A stretch of DNA of 61,472 bases from Nemertoderma westbladi (Eukaryota; Animalia; Xenacoelomorpha), in assembly GCA_032718475.1 (NCBI GenBank), contig JAUCBJ010002569.1, forward strand, positions 1-61,472. Reading direction: 5' to 3'. A program made the position numbers and the translations under genes. Under the pieces are notes generated by a model, which was not told the origin of the DNA, made no database searches, and saw nothing but the letters and a program-made list of their open reading frames with translations. Positions 24,938 to 37,422 of the stretch are shown here, piece by piece. Each line of letters starts with the position of its first letter. The first letter of the stretch is position 1.

Positions 24938-25232
24938 ATAAATCTGTTAAACCCTTTGACCATCTGCAATTCTAGTCGATTAAGATATCGCGGCACCCAC
25001 CGATATACTTGAAAGACAAAATTCTAGAATCAGTGGTTAACGTCCCCAGACTTGTTCTGGAATAAACCGGTGCCCATCCTAAATATTAACTATTAATATT
25101 TATAAAATCTGTCAAATTTCAGATCCTTTAACATTCTAGTCGATTAAGATATCGTAGCACTTACCGATACTCTTAAAAAGACAAAATTCCTAGAATCAAG
25201 GATCCCAGTCCCCAGACTTGTTCTGGAATAAA
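24938..25232 (+). repeat. Two diverged ~165-bp tandem copies with conserved predicted hairpins, 3' of pol
   Basis: Shared core TTCTAGTCGATTAAGATATCG...CGATA...GACAAAATT(C)CTAGAATCA...GTCCCCAGACTTGTTCTGGAATAAA at about 24970-25066 and 25134-25232. Confidence 0.85.
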
Positions 25233-26199
25233 ATTGTGTCTATTTTAATATTAAATAATAAAATTACGGGAATAAATTTAAATTCATCTTTTAATGAATT
25301 TGATAAATTGTTATTTTATACAATTTATAATATTCCCAAAATTCCATTAATTAATAGATCATGGGAGCGGAGATTCACCTATTAAGTGTATTAGTGTGCG
25401 AGAATCTCCAATATAGAGTCAATAGCCGATAAAATTCATAAAATCATATATAAAGATGATATTGACCATTAAAGACTTACTATTAAATAGCATCCCAGAT
25501 CTGTATGCATGGGAATTACCCTAATTCTACCGCTAGCTTTCCATAATGTCACCATAGCAACAACCACGCTAGAATTAGAAGCGAGTTAACAGAACAATAA
25601 AAAGCTTGCTCATTGAATAGCATACGGAATAAATAGCACACCGCTAGTATCCAAGGATACATAATAACAACGTGACATTCTGGAAGGCACTTGACTAACG
25701 GACAAATGACCCGAATGTGTGATAGAATGTGTACCATTTGTGACAGTTACGTGGAATTTGTGCGTTTGTAGGTGAATGTTACTACTAAGGTGTGTTTACA
25801 GTAGCGAGTCGCAATTGTGAAAGTAGCCCTAACTCTCCAGTAAGAACCTGAAGTATATCTAAGCCTTTGGGACGGACGGTGGAGTGACTCGTGCTGGTTG
25901 TTGTAGTCGTTGTGCAGCTACGACGTTGGCGATAGGCACATCGGCGAAAGTACACCAGCGCTGAGGATCTCGCACTGTCCGGGGGCAGAGAGGGGTAGGC
26001 AGCGACGCCCGCTCGCCTAAATATAAACTCATTATAATATGGATAAACTTATATAGCAGATATGATTGAGTTGATAGAAGATGATCTTGGTATCAGGGAG
26101 CGATATACTCTACCTTTACAAGCGTTTGTTGATAGCTTGATACGCGGCGACGCTGGTCCAACTACTACGGAGGACGATGGTCGTTATATCTAACCGCCA

Positions 26200-26883
26200 A
26201 TGTCCCGGGAGCAACTTGCGCGTGGGTTGGACTGTAGAAAATTCACCGCTCGCTATACGCATCGTAATGGTACGTATATGGACTTCTTAACTACTGGTCA
26301 TCCTATCGACCTACACGATACGAACGATATAGACACCAAAAGGGAAATGGTTTTATTTAAATATCATACCCAGCGGAAGCGGAACGATAAACTGAGACTC
26401 GAACACGAAAATTCTATTCGAAACCGACTCGAAAGTGCAGATGTTGAAGAGCCGGATAAACGCAGCGACTTCACCAAATACCTGGAATTCTTGAGAGAAA
26501 CCTATCTCGATATTACCAGTCAACAGAATCTAGAAACTCGATATCCTCAAGGTATACATCATGACCGCATGGTAGAACTCAAACGGCTCTATTCCACTAT
26601 GATGTATCTTACCGCCGATCGACCGCTACCTGTTGTACCGGATAGCTTCGAACAGATGGAGGAATATTGTAAGCTGGAGAAAGATCACTCGCGTTTCCCC
26701 TACAAGACGTGCGTCTTTGGTATTATTGCGATGAATGCCCTAGACCCAACCAACAAACGGAAAGACCTAAACATCCGCGGAGACGTTGCACTAAACACGG
26801 TTTTACTCGCTATACTTGCGGGAGTTTCGAGCGAAATTTGTTTGACGTATCACCTACGCTCGTTCGACTCAGACGATCCTTAA
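26200..26883 (+). CDS. Hypothetical 227-aa protein, candidate accessory ORF of the Bel/Pao element
   Basis: ATG-to-TAA ORF with globular amino-acid composition, between pol and a candidate 3' LTR. No family recognised. Confidence 0.5.
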   Translation: MSREQLARGLDCRKFTARYTHRNGTYMDFLTTGHPIDLHDTNDIDTKREMVLFKYHTQRKRNDKLRLEHENSIRNRLESADVEEPDKRSDFTKYLEFLRETYLDITSQQNLETRYPQGIHHDRMVELKRLYSTMMYLTADRPLPVVPDSFEQMEEYCKLEKDHSRFPYKTCVFGIIAMNALDPTNKRKDLNIRGDVALNTVLLAILAGVSSEICLTYHLRSFDSDDP

Positions 26884-26891
26884 ATAAACCA

Positions 26892-27191
26892 ATGATCAGA
26901 GTTTCGGAATACTCGATCAGACCTCCTCATTCCCTAGTGAGACCTCAGACTCTTGATCCTATTAGTATGACGGATCCTCCCGAGCTGTACTCACTGTTCA
27001 AAGATCTAGTGTTACCTGAACAATTAGTCGGTGGCACCCCGGTTGTGGGCTTCCTAGATATTAGCCCATCCTACCTAGCCGGATTGGGACGCGGACATTT
27101 AATATCGCCGTTTAACCCTTACCATCGTCCCGGCTTAACACGATATAACCTGTCACCAAAGTGGCGGAGAGCGTTGTACCAAATGAGTTAG
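26892..27191 (+). CDS. Hypothetical 99-aa Pro-rich protein
   Basis: ATG lies 8 nt after the stop of the previous ORF, in the same CCA-ATG context. Confidence 0.3.
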   Translation: MIRVSEYSIRPPHSLVRPQTLDPISMTDPPELYSLFKDLVLPEQLVGGTPVVGFLDISPSYLAGLGRGHLISPFNPYHRPGLTRYNLSPKWRRALYQMS

Positions 27192-27662
27192 ACGCTATTC
27201 TACAAAGATCAGAAAAGGAACTTACGCTTGTTCAGATAAACGTAAATTGCACTAGCAAGTCCAAGCGGTAAACAAAGTAACTTTATCTCAGTTCGATCGG
27301 GAAATCCAGAATCTCTAAGAAGTTATCGAACTTGGACGACCCTATTCTCTGCGAGAGTTTTTGGATGAACGTATCCAGCTACGAGCGGAGGAAAATCAGC
27401 TCGAGGAGAAGCATATCGAAACGGCGGATACCCCGACCATAATCCTACACCTTCTGATGCAATCATATTGCACCCTTCACCCAGGAGTTATGGCCCTCCT
27501 AGTAAAGTGGCTCCCCCCAAAGAGAAAAGGACTCTTGCTAGCTTTAAAAAACTGCGTAAACGCCGTCCACGCAAGACAGACTAACTGTTTAGAGTATTTT
27601 TATATTTTAGAAACTGTGATTTTTTATATTTTATAGAATTAAATCCCATTTTCTGGGAGCGG

Positions 27663-28091
27663 TGTAAAAGCTTTTGTGGGATATAACTGGCCCTTTTGCT
27701 TCGCAATCCAGTTTCCCTCAATGCGCTCAAATACTCTAAAGAAAAACTCCCTAACTCAAATGATGCAAGCTACCGGCTGATTGGCTGATTTGCTGTACGT
27801 ATGGCCTCTTTGTTCTGTTCGATCAACCAACCAGAGCAAGGTCAACCAAGCAGAGTGATTCATCCTGTGTGTTGGCTAAGGGCTGCAAAAACCCGAATAG
27901 TTCGGCATTTAGACATTCGTGGAATCTGTGGAATATGGAGCTCTGCCAATGAGAGCTTTTCCTCTTTGTGTTGAAAGCTACCTGCAACAGCTCACAGGGT
28001 TCAGTGTGTTGGTTTTTCCAGAGCCTAGAACATCGGCTATGGAATTATTCTGAATTATTCCAACATTAGAACGACTTTAATTATAAGAACA
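27663..28091 (+). mobile_element. Candidate 3' LTR of the Bel/Pao element
   Basis: Purine run GGGAGCGG followed by TGT..., ending ...AACA at 28091. No matching 5' copy in the window. An alternative candidate starts at 24438 after GGAGTGGGTG. Confidence 0.3.
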
Positions 28092-29113
28092 CATAACTGT
28101 TACCGCAGTGGACCGGGACGGTACGGTATGGTACGGTACCTACTGCTGTATTGCACATTATTTACTGCTATTTACTGTTTGTTATTAATTGTATCAGTTG
28201 TTTACATATTGTTATTTGGAGAATAACGATAAACGATCAGAAACCCCGATCTTCTTGATACACTAAGGTTAGAGAGACCGGTTACATATAGCAATTGCGA
28301 CTTATATTATCGTGGTTTGTAGTGAATTGAATGCTATTTTATAGGCCCTACAAATGTCGGTTGCTATTCTCTTTATATATGATTAAAATCAGTGACTATC
28401 GGCAATTCAGTGTGCAGCGGTGTGCAATAGTCTGTATGTGCTTGTCCGCGTAACAAAGCATCTCCTAAAGAATGCGCCTTATGTGTAACTTATAATCCAT
28501 TCCGTTGTGTTTAGTGTAAGCCATAGCTCTGTTTATATAGATAGAGCGCCACGTCCTAAAGGAACTGCTAATATTTCCCGAAAGTGAATGATATTTGTCA
28601 GAGATTATATATTAACGATCAATCGAATAGTACGGTAGGCCTGCACCGCAATCAAATTAAAGCATCCGAATCCAGTCTCCCGGGTATATCCAGCGGGTGA
28701 ATGGTCGCGCATAGACTGGCTTCGGCTAATGTTGGATTTATTTGTGTCAAATACTTGTCATAGGCTAAAGTCGATTTATAACCTAGAAGACATATAGATT
28801 TGGTGGGTTAAACTGCCAAAGCTCTTAAAAGCGCGAACAATGGGCCTCATATCTGACTCCATTGCGACACCCACCCTGTGGAATGGCAAACCAGGGTGTG
28901 GTATTTGCCCCGAGAGCTGACTCGGCAAAAAAGCACCCCCCAACCCCCACTATGGATTACATTATTAATGCGGAGGTCCAGCCACTAGAGGCCAGTGGAA
29001 TTACCGGACTCAATCAGCCTCACAGGCGTCAGTTAACTCCTGACCGGCTGCCTGTCTCACACCCTACTGGAGAGAGAGCAGCCAACAATCTAACAAAGCT
29101 AGCAGCCAACAAA

Positions 29114-30495
29114 GCTAACACTCTATGGTTCTTTTCGGGGAATCTCATTGATCTCGATTGCTGCAAAGCTATACAATAGGATTCTATTAAATCGCATCAG
29201 GGATCCCATTGAGAGACTGCTCCGTGGAAATCAGAATGGGTTCCGTAAAGGTCGTGGGACCATGGAGCCCATTTTGGCACTTAGAAGGATAATTGAAGAA
29301 TTATCAAAAAAGAAAGACAGGCATCTGGCTGTTATCTTTGTTGACTTCTTCAAGGCCTTTGATTCAGTCTCTCGCTCACGTATGTTCAGCATACTTTCAT
29401 TATATGGGATTCCTGATGAAATTATTGCAGCAATCAGATCAGTATACGATGGTTCGACAACATTTGTGTCTACTGTTGATGGTGACACAGAACCATTTGA
29501 AGTGTTATGGGGCGTCCTCCAAGGAGACACACTTGCACCATTCTTGTTCATTATTGTGGTTGACTATGTTCTACGCATGTCCTTAGATCATCATAATGAT
29601 GATGGGGTGATGATAACTCCACCTACTGGCTCCAGAAGTCGAGGAAATCCTGCCAAGTACCTAACTGATCTAGACTTTGCTGATGACTTAGGAGTACTCT
29701 CAGAATCATTAGAGGGAGCCCAACGGCTCCTCAGCTCATTAGAACATGCTGCTTCTAGTGTTGGTCTTTTTATTAACTCCAGAAAGACCAAAATTTTGAC
29801 ATTTAACTTTGAAAGTCCTCAGCAAGTCTCTGATCGGATGAGCATAAGCTCAAAGGATGGTATGCTTGAGCATGTGGACGACTTCTGTTACCTGGGATCA
29901 TGGATCCGGAAGTCAGGTGAGGACCTTCGAATACGTAAGGGAAAGGCATGGGCAGCCTTGAATAGGCTTTCAAGGATTTGGAAGTCACCGAGAATTAATC
30001 GGAAACTTAAGGTCTGATTATTTAGAGCAGCAGTAGTTCCAGTACTCCTCTACGGGAGTCCATGCTGGGCTCTAACTGCTGAGGACACCAAATCTCTGGA
30101 TGGCACATTCACAAGAATGCTACGCCGGGTTCATTGTGTCAAGTACAATGCACACATCTCCAACCAGACACGATATAACATTGGAGGTGTCTCATTGGTT
30201 CCCCCAAGCTTGACACTAGAACAAAATCGCCTCCGCTTTGCAGGACATTGCTTTCGCCGTGAGGACCAGCCAGTGCATAATCTTGTACTTTGGCAGCCTC
30301 ATGGAGTGAATAAGCATGGTGGACAGCCCATGACTTTCTTGAGACGCATCTTAAAGGACACTGGCCTTGAAGATGCGGATGATCTAGCAAATGTCATGGG
30401 TGATAGGGAGTTGTGGCGGTGCAATTTTGTTGACAAGCCGGCACAGCATTCTTAAAAATGCAGCTGCAATGCAGCATGCCGATCCTAGTAGTAGT
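29114..30495 (+). pseudogene. RTE-group non-LTR retrotransposon, RT and C-terminus, with one in-frame stop and a (TAG)n tail
   Basis: FRGISL, QNGFR, FVDFFKAFDSV, GVLQGDTLAPFLF, DFADDL, FCYLGS. TGA at 30015-30017 is followed by in-frame LLYGS..W and RLRFAGHCFR. Ends GATCCTAGTAGTAGT. Confidence 0.9.
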
Positions 30496-30594
30496 TATAG
30501 ATGATCTCTTCAGTGTCCTTTATGGGCGTCTCAAAAAAAGTCATGTTTGTTTATATTGCTTATCAATTATATATCATTCATATGAAAGACACAG

Positions 30595-31172
30595 GCATAG
30601 CCGTGGTGTTGCATAGACTCCCGCCTTGCCACCAGTACTTCTGTGAGGTGTGTGATAAGGATTTTGGCCTCGGCACACCAGACACCACCTGTGGTTCCTA
30701 CCAGTGGTGTGAAGGCCATCCATCAATCTTCACACACTGGCTGGTAGTGTGCCTTCAATTTGGCGCACCCACTGCTCAAGGAGGGATTCTGTCAACTGGT
30801 TGGTTTGAATGTAGGAGGTAGCATCAGGGTTAATAACCGCAATGTAGAACAATGCTATCCGCTGATTGGACAACCCCCCCCCCCCCGGCCGACCAGGTCT
30901 GCGCAGACCCCACCCACCACTCGACCCTCAGCATCCAGATGACCACGAGAGTAACCTTACGCTCTACACTGGATGCACCAAAGGCTGAAGCCAGTAGTCA
31001 CCGTAGACCTCCTTCAACTCGTCATGGCGGTTGATGATGAGGCCTCCTGATTTGCAGCTGAGGGCGCGCATGCATAGTGGTGAAGTGGCCGCTGCAGCCC
31101 TCGCATTTGGTGGGGAGACCCAGTGGAACCAAACCATAGCGAAGGACGAGACTGTCTCGGAACTCAACGGGG
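30595..31172 (-). pseudogene. Decayed CRE-like non-LTR fragment (Zn knuckle + restriction-like endonuclease)
   Basis: Minus-strand translation with frameshifts gives EFRDSLVLRYG..LPTKCEGC..H / ALSCKSGG..RHDE and INPDATSY ... FTPLVGTTGG. Confidence 0.7.
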
Positions 31173-31349
31173 TTTAAATCAGATAATCTGATCAATCAGA
31201 TAAACCGATTATATTGCTTATTCGTTCCATGAAGCTGCCAGAGGACAAAATCATGCACGGAAACAAAGACCTACCTATAAAGTTAAAGCAGCTCTGAACA
31301 AATATCAAGCCACCAATAACCGATAAAGGACCAATGAGATATACCCAAA

Positions 31350-32130
31350 TCCAATGAAGTGTATTTGACACAATGTAATATGTATGTGCTATCAGGAGAT
31401 TTGCTATCCTTAGTAGTTAGAACCTAGCATGGACTCCCGTATACAGTAGGTGAACAGGTTCTACTCTAAGTAGAAGTAGAACCTGTATATTACTTCCAAA
31501 TCCCTCACCATGCCTTCCACTTATGTATTATTCGAATTACCTGACTTCTGAATCCATGATCCCGGGTAGCAGAAGTCATCCACATTATCTGGCACACCAT
31601 TCTTAGAGCTTATACGTTCAGACTTTTCATGCGGACTGCTGAAGTTAACTGGCAAAATTGTAGTATCAGAGGAATACTCTTATTTTGAGAGTGTAGTATC
31701 AGAGGAATACTCTTATTTTGAGAGTATTCCTAAGTCATCAGCAATGTCTAGATCACTTAGGTGCTTGGCTGGATTTCCACTTCTTCTTTATGGGAGGGGG
31801 GGGGGGGGGGGGGGGTGTTACCATCACTCCATATCATTGTGGTGGTCTAAGGACATGCATAGGCATTGTCAACCACAATTATGGATAAGAATAGTGCAAG
31901 TGAGTGTGTCACCCTGGAGGACTCCCTTCCCCATAATACTTAGAATGTCATATAATGCAAATAGAGAGAAGTCAACAAAGATAACAGGCCAATATCCTTC
32001 TTTCTTTTTTGACAACTCTTTAATTAAGGTAAATATACTTTTAAGCGCCAGAATGGACTCAATGGCCCCACGACCTTTATGGAGCCCAATCTGAATACCA
32101 TGTAGCAGTCTCTCAATGGGGCATAATAGT
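31350..32130 (-). pseudogene. Degenerate RTE-group fragment
   Basis: PIERLL..QIGLHKGRG, VIFVDF and GVLQGDTL are recognisable; homologous to 29114-30495. Confidence 0.75.
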
Positions 32131-32410
32131 CTCACATAATAGTAGTTGGTATGGTACAGGTGATATCATACTATAAAGATGGGCGTTTGTCATGCGTTTT
32201 TCCAGCTGATTTAAGTGGAATAAAGTGGTCCAAACAGAAAAATGGCAGAGTGGAGACCTGTAATTGGTTACTTTGAGTAGAAATGTGTATTAAATTTGAG
32301 ACACATCTTATATTTTTTAACAAATGAGTTAAGATATATGTCTTACTAGTGGAGCTCAATTTTGACATATGGACTCAGACAAAATGTGAAATGACTTTAT
32401 GACTTACCAC

Positions 32411-32485
32411 TACTAGGACTACTACTACTAGGATCGACACGCTGCATTGGTGCTGCATTTTTAAGAATGCTGTACTGTACCAGCT
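32411..32485 (-). mobile_element. RTE-family 3' end with (TAG)n tail
   Basis: Reverse complement matches ACAGCATTCTTAAAAATGCAGC...GATCCTAGTAGTAG of the copy ending at 30495. Confidence 0.75.
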
Positions 32486-32679
32486 TACCAGTGGAGCAAA
32501 GGCCTAAAAATACTATTTAAGGAGTTAATTAAAATAAATATTTTGTCATTCTTTCAAAAATGTATAAAATATTATTTTTTTTTACAAATCAGTAATCAAT
32601 TACAAATAATATCCATAAAACCAAAATTAAATATAAAACTGCACCAGCATCCCACCACCAATCAGAACAAAACAATTAA

Positions 32680-34035
32680 GGGGACATGGTACCCTGCAAA
32701 AATTTTTTTTTTATTGAATCAAGGTCAAAATTTTTCGTAGATTACACAAATTGAAACCTTAAAGTCACAGTACGAGACGTAGTTGTCTGTATGTCAGTGT
32801 GTCCGTCTGTCGGTTTTTCTGTCCGTCGGAAAAATAAGGAAGGACAGTACGTAATTATAATTTTCGGTATGGGGGTTTTCTTAGTCAAGGATATCATTTC
32901 TGATGTCCATTTTAACTTTAAATCTGATTTAGATTGTATGTCCGTCCGTCTGTCTGTCTGTCTTTCTGTCTGTCTGTCTGTCAGTAGAACAAAGACAGTC
33001 TAGATTTCATCAACCGTGAATATTAACATCAGAAATGAAATCACAGACCATAAAAACCCATATATCGATAATTTTACATTTGTGGTATGCTTCCTTATTT
33101 TTCGACAGACATACGGACAGAAAGACCGACAGACATACAGACAGATTTAAAGTCGGTCTAGATTCCTCCAAATCTGAAAATTTACATCTGAAATGGAGTC
33201 ACCGACCAAAAAAACCCATATTGCGAGAATTTTACATTTGTGGAATGATTCCTTATTTTTTGACAGACAGACGGACAAAAAGACCGACAGATATACAGAC
33301 ACATTTAAAGGTAGTCTAGAATCCTCCAAACCTGGAAATTTACATCTGAAATAAAATCACCAACCATGAAACCCCATTTAAAGAAAACCTCAGTTTAGTG
33401 GTCTGATTTCTTATTTTTTGACTGACAGTCCGACAGACAGACAAATATACACCACACATTATACAGCAGCTCGAGATTGACTCGAATGTGAAAACTGACA
33501 TCGGAAATGAAATTACCGACAATGAAAACCCCTACAGCAAAATTGTTGGTAAGGTGGTGTGCTTTCATTCCACATTTTTGGCACATTTGAAAAATTGTAA
33601 ACAGAAAAATTTGGCGGGAAGGTTTGAAATCTTTGAATGGCTTTTTCTCTAAAAGTTATTTTTCGTGTTTTTTTTTTTACACAAAGGTACATTTTTTCAG
33701 GAACTACCAGATGAAATTTTATGAAATTTTCAATGCTTCTCAGCATCAATGATATCTACCCGTGGAACCTCTAACATTTCAGATTTTTTGTCAGCTTCAT
33801 GTTTTTTTTTATGATTTATGTCATTTTTTTTTTAAAATACCAGTAATTTTCAAAAAATTGTCTTATTTTTCACGGAAATTAATTTTTTCCGAATTTTTTG
33901 AGGTTCCACACTTGTCCGGATAGGTGGTCTATCAGAGTTCCAAATTTCATAAAATTTCATTGAGCAGTTCATTCAAAAAGTGTACCTTTGTTTGACTTAC
34001 GTTTGTTAAGGAAATGGGCAGGGTACCATGTCCCC
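32680..34035. mobile_element. Non-autonomous DNA transposon, Kolobok-like
   Basis: Perfect 18-bp TIR GGGGACATGGTACCCTGC (32680-32697 and 34018-34035) flanked by TTAA on both sides. Purine-purine termini. Internal ACAG-rich subrepeats occur in both orientations. Confidence 0.8.
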
Positions 34036-34366
34036 TTAAGACAATAAAATTTAACATACAAATAAAAATGGTGCACCGTGAATTAATAATGGTCTGCGAG
34101 GTCATTCCCCCGCAGACCCGCACCATCCCCAAAGCCCAGCGCCCTCCAGGGACGCCGGCCACCACGCAGACAAAGGGAGTTGGAGCGGAGGAGCGCGAAC
34201 TGAAGCCACCTCCGAACTCCCCCGAGAATGCAGGAATCAGAAATATCAGAAATGATAAAATATTATCATTTATCTTTAACTGTAAATACAGTATGTTACA
34301 ATATTATATTCATATTAATCATTTAATCTTACAATAATATGTATCTTTAACTTAACATATAATTAC

Positions 34367-37300
34367 CTAGGTATTTGTTGATTGTTTCAACAAAGCAGAA
34401 AAATATCCCATTTCATTAGCCAGTAATTCATCAGGGGTGCCAAATTCAACAACCCTTCCACCATCCATTACTAAGATCTTATCTGAGTCCATGACAGTAT
34501 TAAGTCTGTGGGCGATAGTAAGAACAGTACAGTCAGAAAACTTACTTCTTATTGTCTCTTGAATAACCAAATCAGTTTTATTATCAACATTGGCTGTAGC
34601 TTCATCCACAACAATTATCTTATTCTTCCTCAGCATAGCTCTAGCAAGACAGATTAGTTGTCTTTCACCAACACTAAAATTAGTTCCATACTCGAATACT
34701 TTTGAATTTAAACCAATATTATCAATATTTATTGATAAAGATGATTTTCTTGATATTTTATTTTCTTTATTTGATACTTCATTGGACATATTATTATGTT
34801 TAAAAAAAACACCATGTTCTTCAAGAATACTTGATGTCCTTTCCCTAACAGCTTTATCAAGCTTTACATCACCCAATGTCATCCAAATATCTGCATCGGA
34901 GAATTCTTTAAAAGGGTCAAGATTATATCGCAGAGTTCCAGAGAATAATACAGGATCTTGAGGAATAATTGAAATACATTTTCTGAGATCATTGAGATTC
35001 ACTTTGGTCACATCAGTACCACCAATCATCAAAGAACCAGTTGTTTCAGTTAGTTGGAACAATGCAGCTGTTAACGAACTCTTTCCTGCACCAGTACGTC
35101 CAACAATTCCTATTTTTTCTCTGGCATTGACATTAAAAGAAACATTTATTAAAACTTGTGGCAGCGATTCATGGTATGATAAACAGAGTTCTTGAAAGCA
35201 GATTGATGGATTATTGATAAATACATTTGGAAGATTTGGTTCCCCACTTTTGACAATCATATTTTTCTCTTGATCCAATTTTGTATAATTATAAACTCTT
35301 CCAACTGATGTCATGAGTTCTTCAACTTCTGAAATTGTTCTCACCAAATACTGGAATGCCATCATGGTTGTGAAAGCATAAGTAAGTGATAAACCAACTG
35401 ATCCGACATCTAAACTATCGGAGTTGAGCACAGCTGTAAGTGCTGTAAATGTTATAAATATGTTACAAAATGCATCAATGGAGAAGCCAAACCATCTACT
35501 AACAAGTAGATAAACAATCCAAACACGAGAATGAGCATCTAAATGACCATATAATTCATATTCAAATCGCTTTCTTGCATCTAGTGCTCGAATGACACTC
35601 AGTCCCTCCAATGAAACGGATATGTGGTGGAATATTGGAGTGCGAAGTGATCCCTCAATTTTTTTAACTTGTTTTGATGTCTGTACATAAAAGTGTCTCT
35701 GAGTTATTAAGATAATAGCCAAAGGAAATACAGGAATCAACATATATGGGTTCATGATAATCACAAATACAACAATGCAAAAAAATTTGATGCCAATGCG
35801 AATGACATCAGTCAATTTTTGCAAGAGTAAATTATCTATTATACCAATATCCTTCGAAAATTTATTCAAAATATCACCAACACTGTTTGTGTCAAAGAAA
35901 TAACACGTGGCATACATTATCTTCTGAAACATGTCATTATGCAATCGAATGGCAGCCCGTAACAATGTTTTAATTGTGACAATCGTAGATGATCCAGTGA
36001 GAATTAAAGAGATAAAGATTAAGCAGCCATAAACAGCAATGATATAATCTCTTGTAAATGGCAGCATTAACATACTAGTTACCAAATAGTAAAAAAATGA
36101 TATATTAACATAAGATGGAATAATATCTAATATGATATTGTTATTAATAAGGGAACCATTGGCAAAATAAAGTGTATTTGAATTATTATTGTATGGAAAG
36201 TCGATGCCAGCCCTATTTCCATAAACTGACCATTGTGCTAACCACCAATCACACATCATTTTACTTATTTGCACTAAAAGTGCAAAGAACAGCATAGTAA
36301 ATAATAAAGTGAAACCTGTTGCTTTTATATAGTAAATATAATAACCCATATTTATATTTGGATTACTTGTTGTAGATGAACCTTTCAATGTACTAATCCT
36401 TTCAGTACTCATAACTTTATACTGAGGAGTTACATTATCTGCCATATCTTTCTGTATTTTATTTTCATTAATGTGAAATATATGGTGTTGATTCAGATAA
36501 TTGTAAACATCTATATATTTTCCATATATCACAGACTTTCCTTTATCAAGTGCAAGAACTCTAGTAGATTGTTGCAAATATTGAATTTGGTGTGTTGCCA
36601 AGATCACTGTTTTTTCTTTCAAATATCCCCTAATGCACTTTTCAAACAAACAAGCGCCAACATTCGTATCAACAGCTGAAAGTGGATCATCAAGAAGATA
36701 AATATCTGCATCAGCATAAACAGCTCTAGCTAATGATATTCTAGCCCGTTGACCCCCTGATAATGCTAATCCACGTTCACCAACCAAGGAATTGTGTCCC
36801 TCTGGAAAACTACCAATATCATCTTCAAGTTCACAAACTTTTATGACTTTATAATATTTATCCTCAATAAACTCTTCTCCAAATACAACATTCTCCATCA
36901 CTGTACCCGAAAATACCCAACCACTTTGTGGACTATAGCTAAGTTTACCACCAACTTGGATTCTCCCAGATACTAAATGTAATTCTCCAAGGATTGTATT
37001 CAACAAAGATGACTTCCCAGACCCAACAGGGCCAACAATGCAAATAAGTTCTGATGAATTTGCCATTAGATTCATATTCTCAATGGCATAGGAACTCAAA
37101 TTCTTTACACTATAACGAGAGCATACGGAATCCAATATTAAAGTTCCTCTGTTTGTTATACATGATATACTATTGCTTATATTTTCCTGAATTTCATTCG
37201 AAGGTGAATGGGAGAGTAAGATTTCATTTTCATCCATAACTCTGTAGCCATCAGTTGTTGGTTCTTTTAAATCTATAAGAAGAAAATTCTCAATTCGCTG

Positions 37301-37422
37301 TATTGAAACTCGAACTCTTATAAAATGCATAACCCCTTTCAAGCCCAGTAGAATCACAAAATGATTAAAAACAAATAAGAGACTCATAACTGGAAAAACT
37401 GTTGTTGGATTTAGTTCATTTC
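34367..37422 (-). CDS. ABCC4-like: ABC transporter subfamily C (MRP4-like), exon 3: end of TMD1, NBD1, TMD2, NBD2
   Basis: Walker A GPVGSGKS and GRTGAGKS; signatures LSGGQRAR and FSVGERQL; LLDDPLSAVD; DEATANVD; IAHRL. Acceptor TTCTTTAG|GA, phase 1. Confidence 0.93.
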
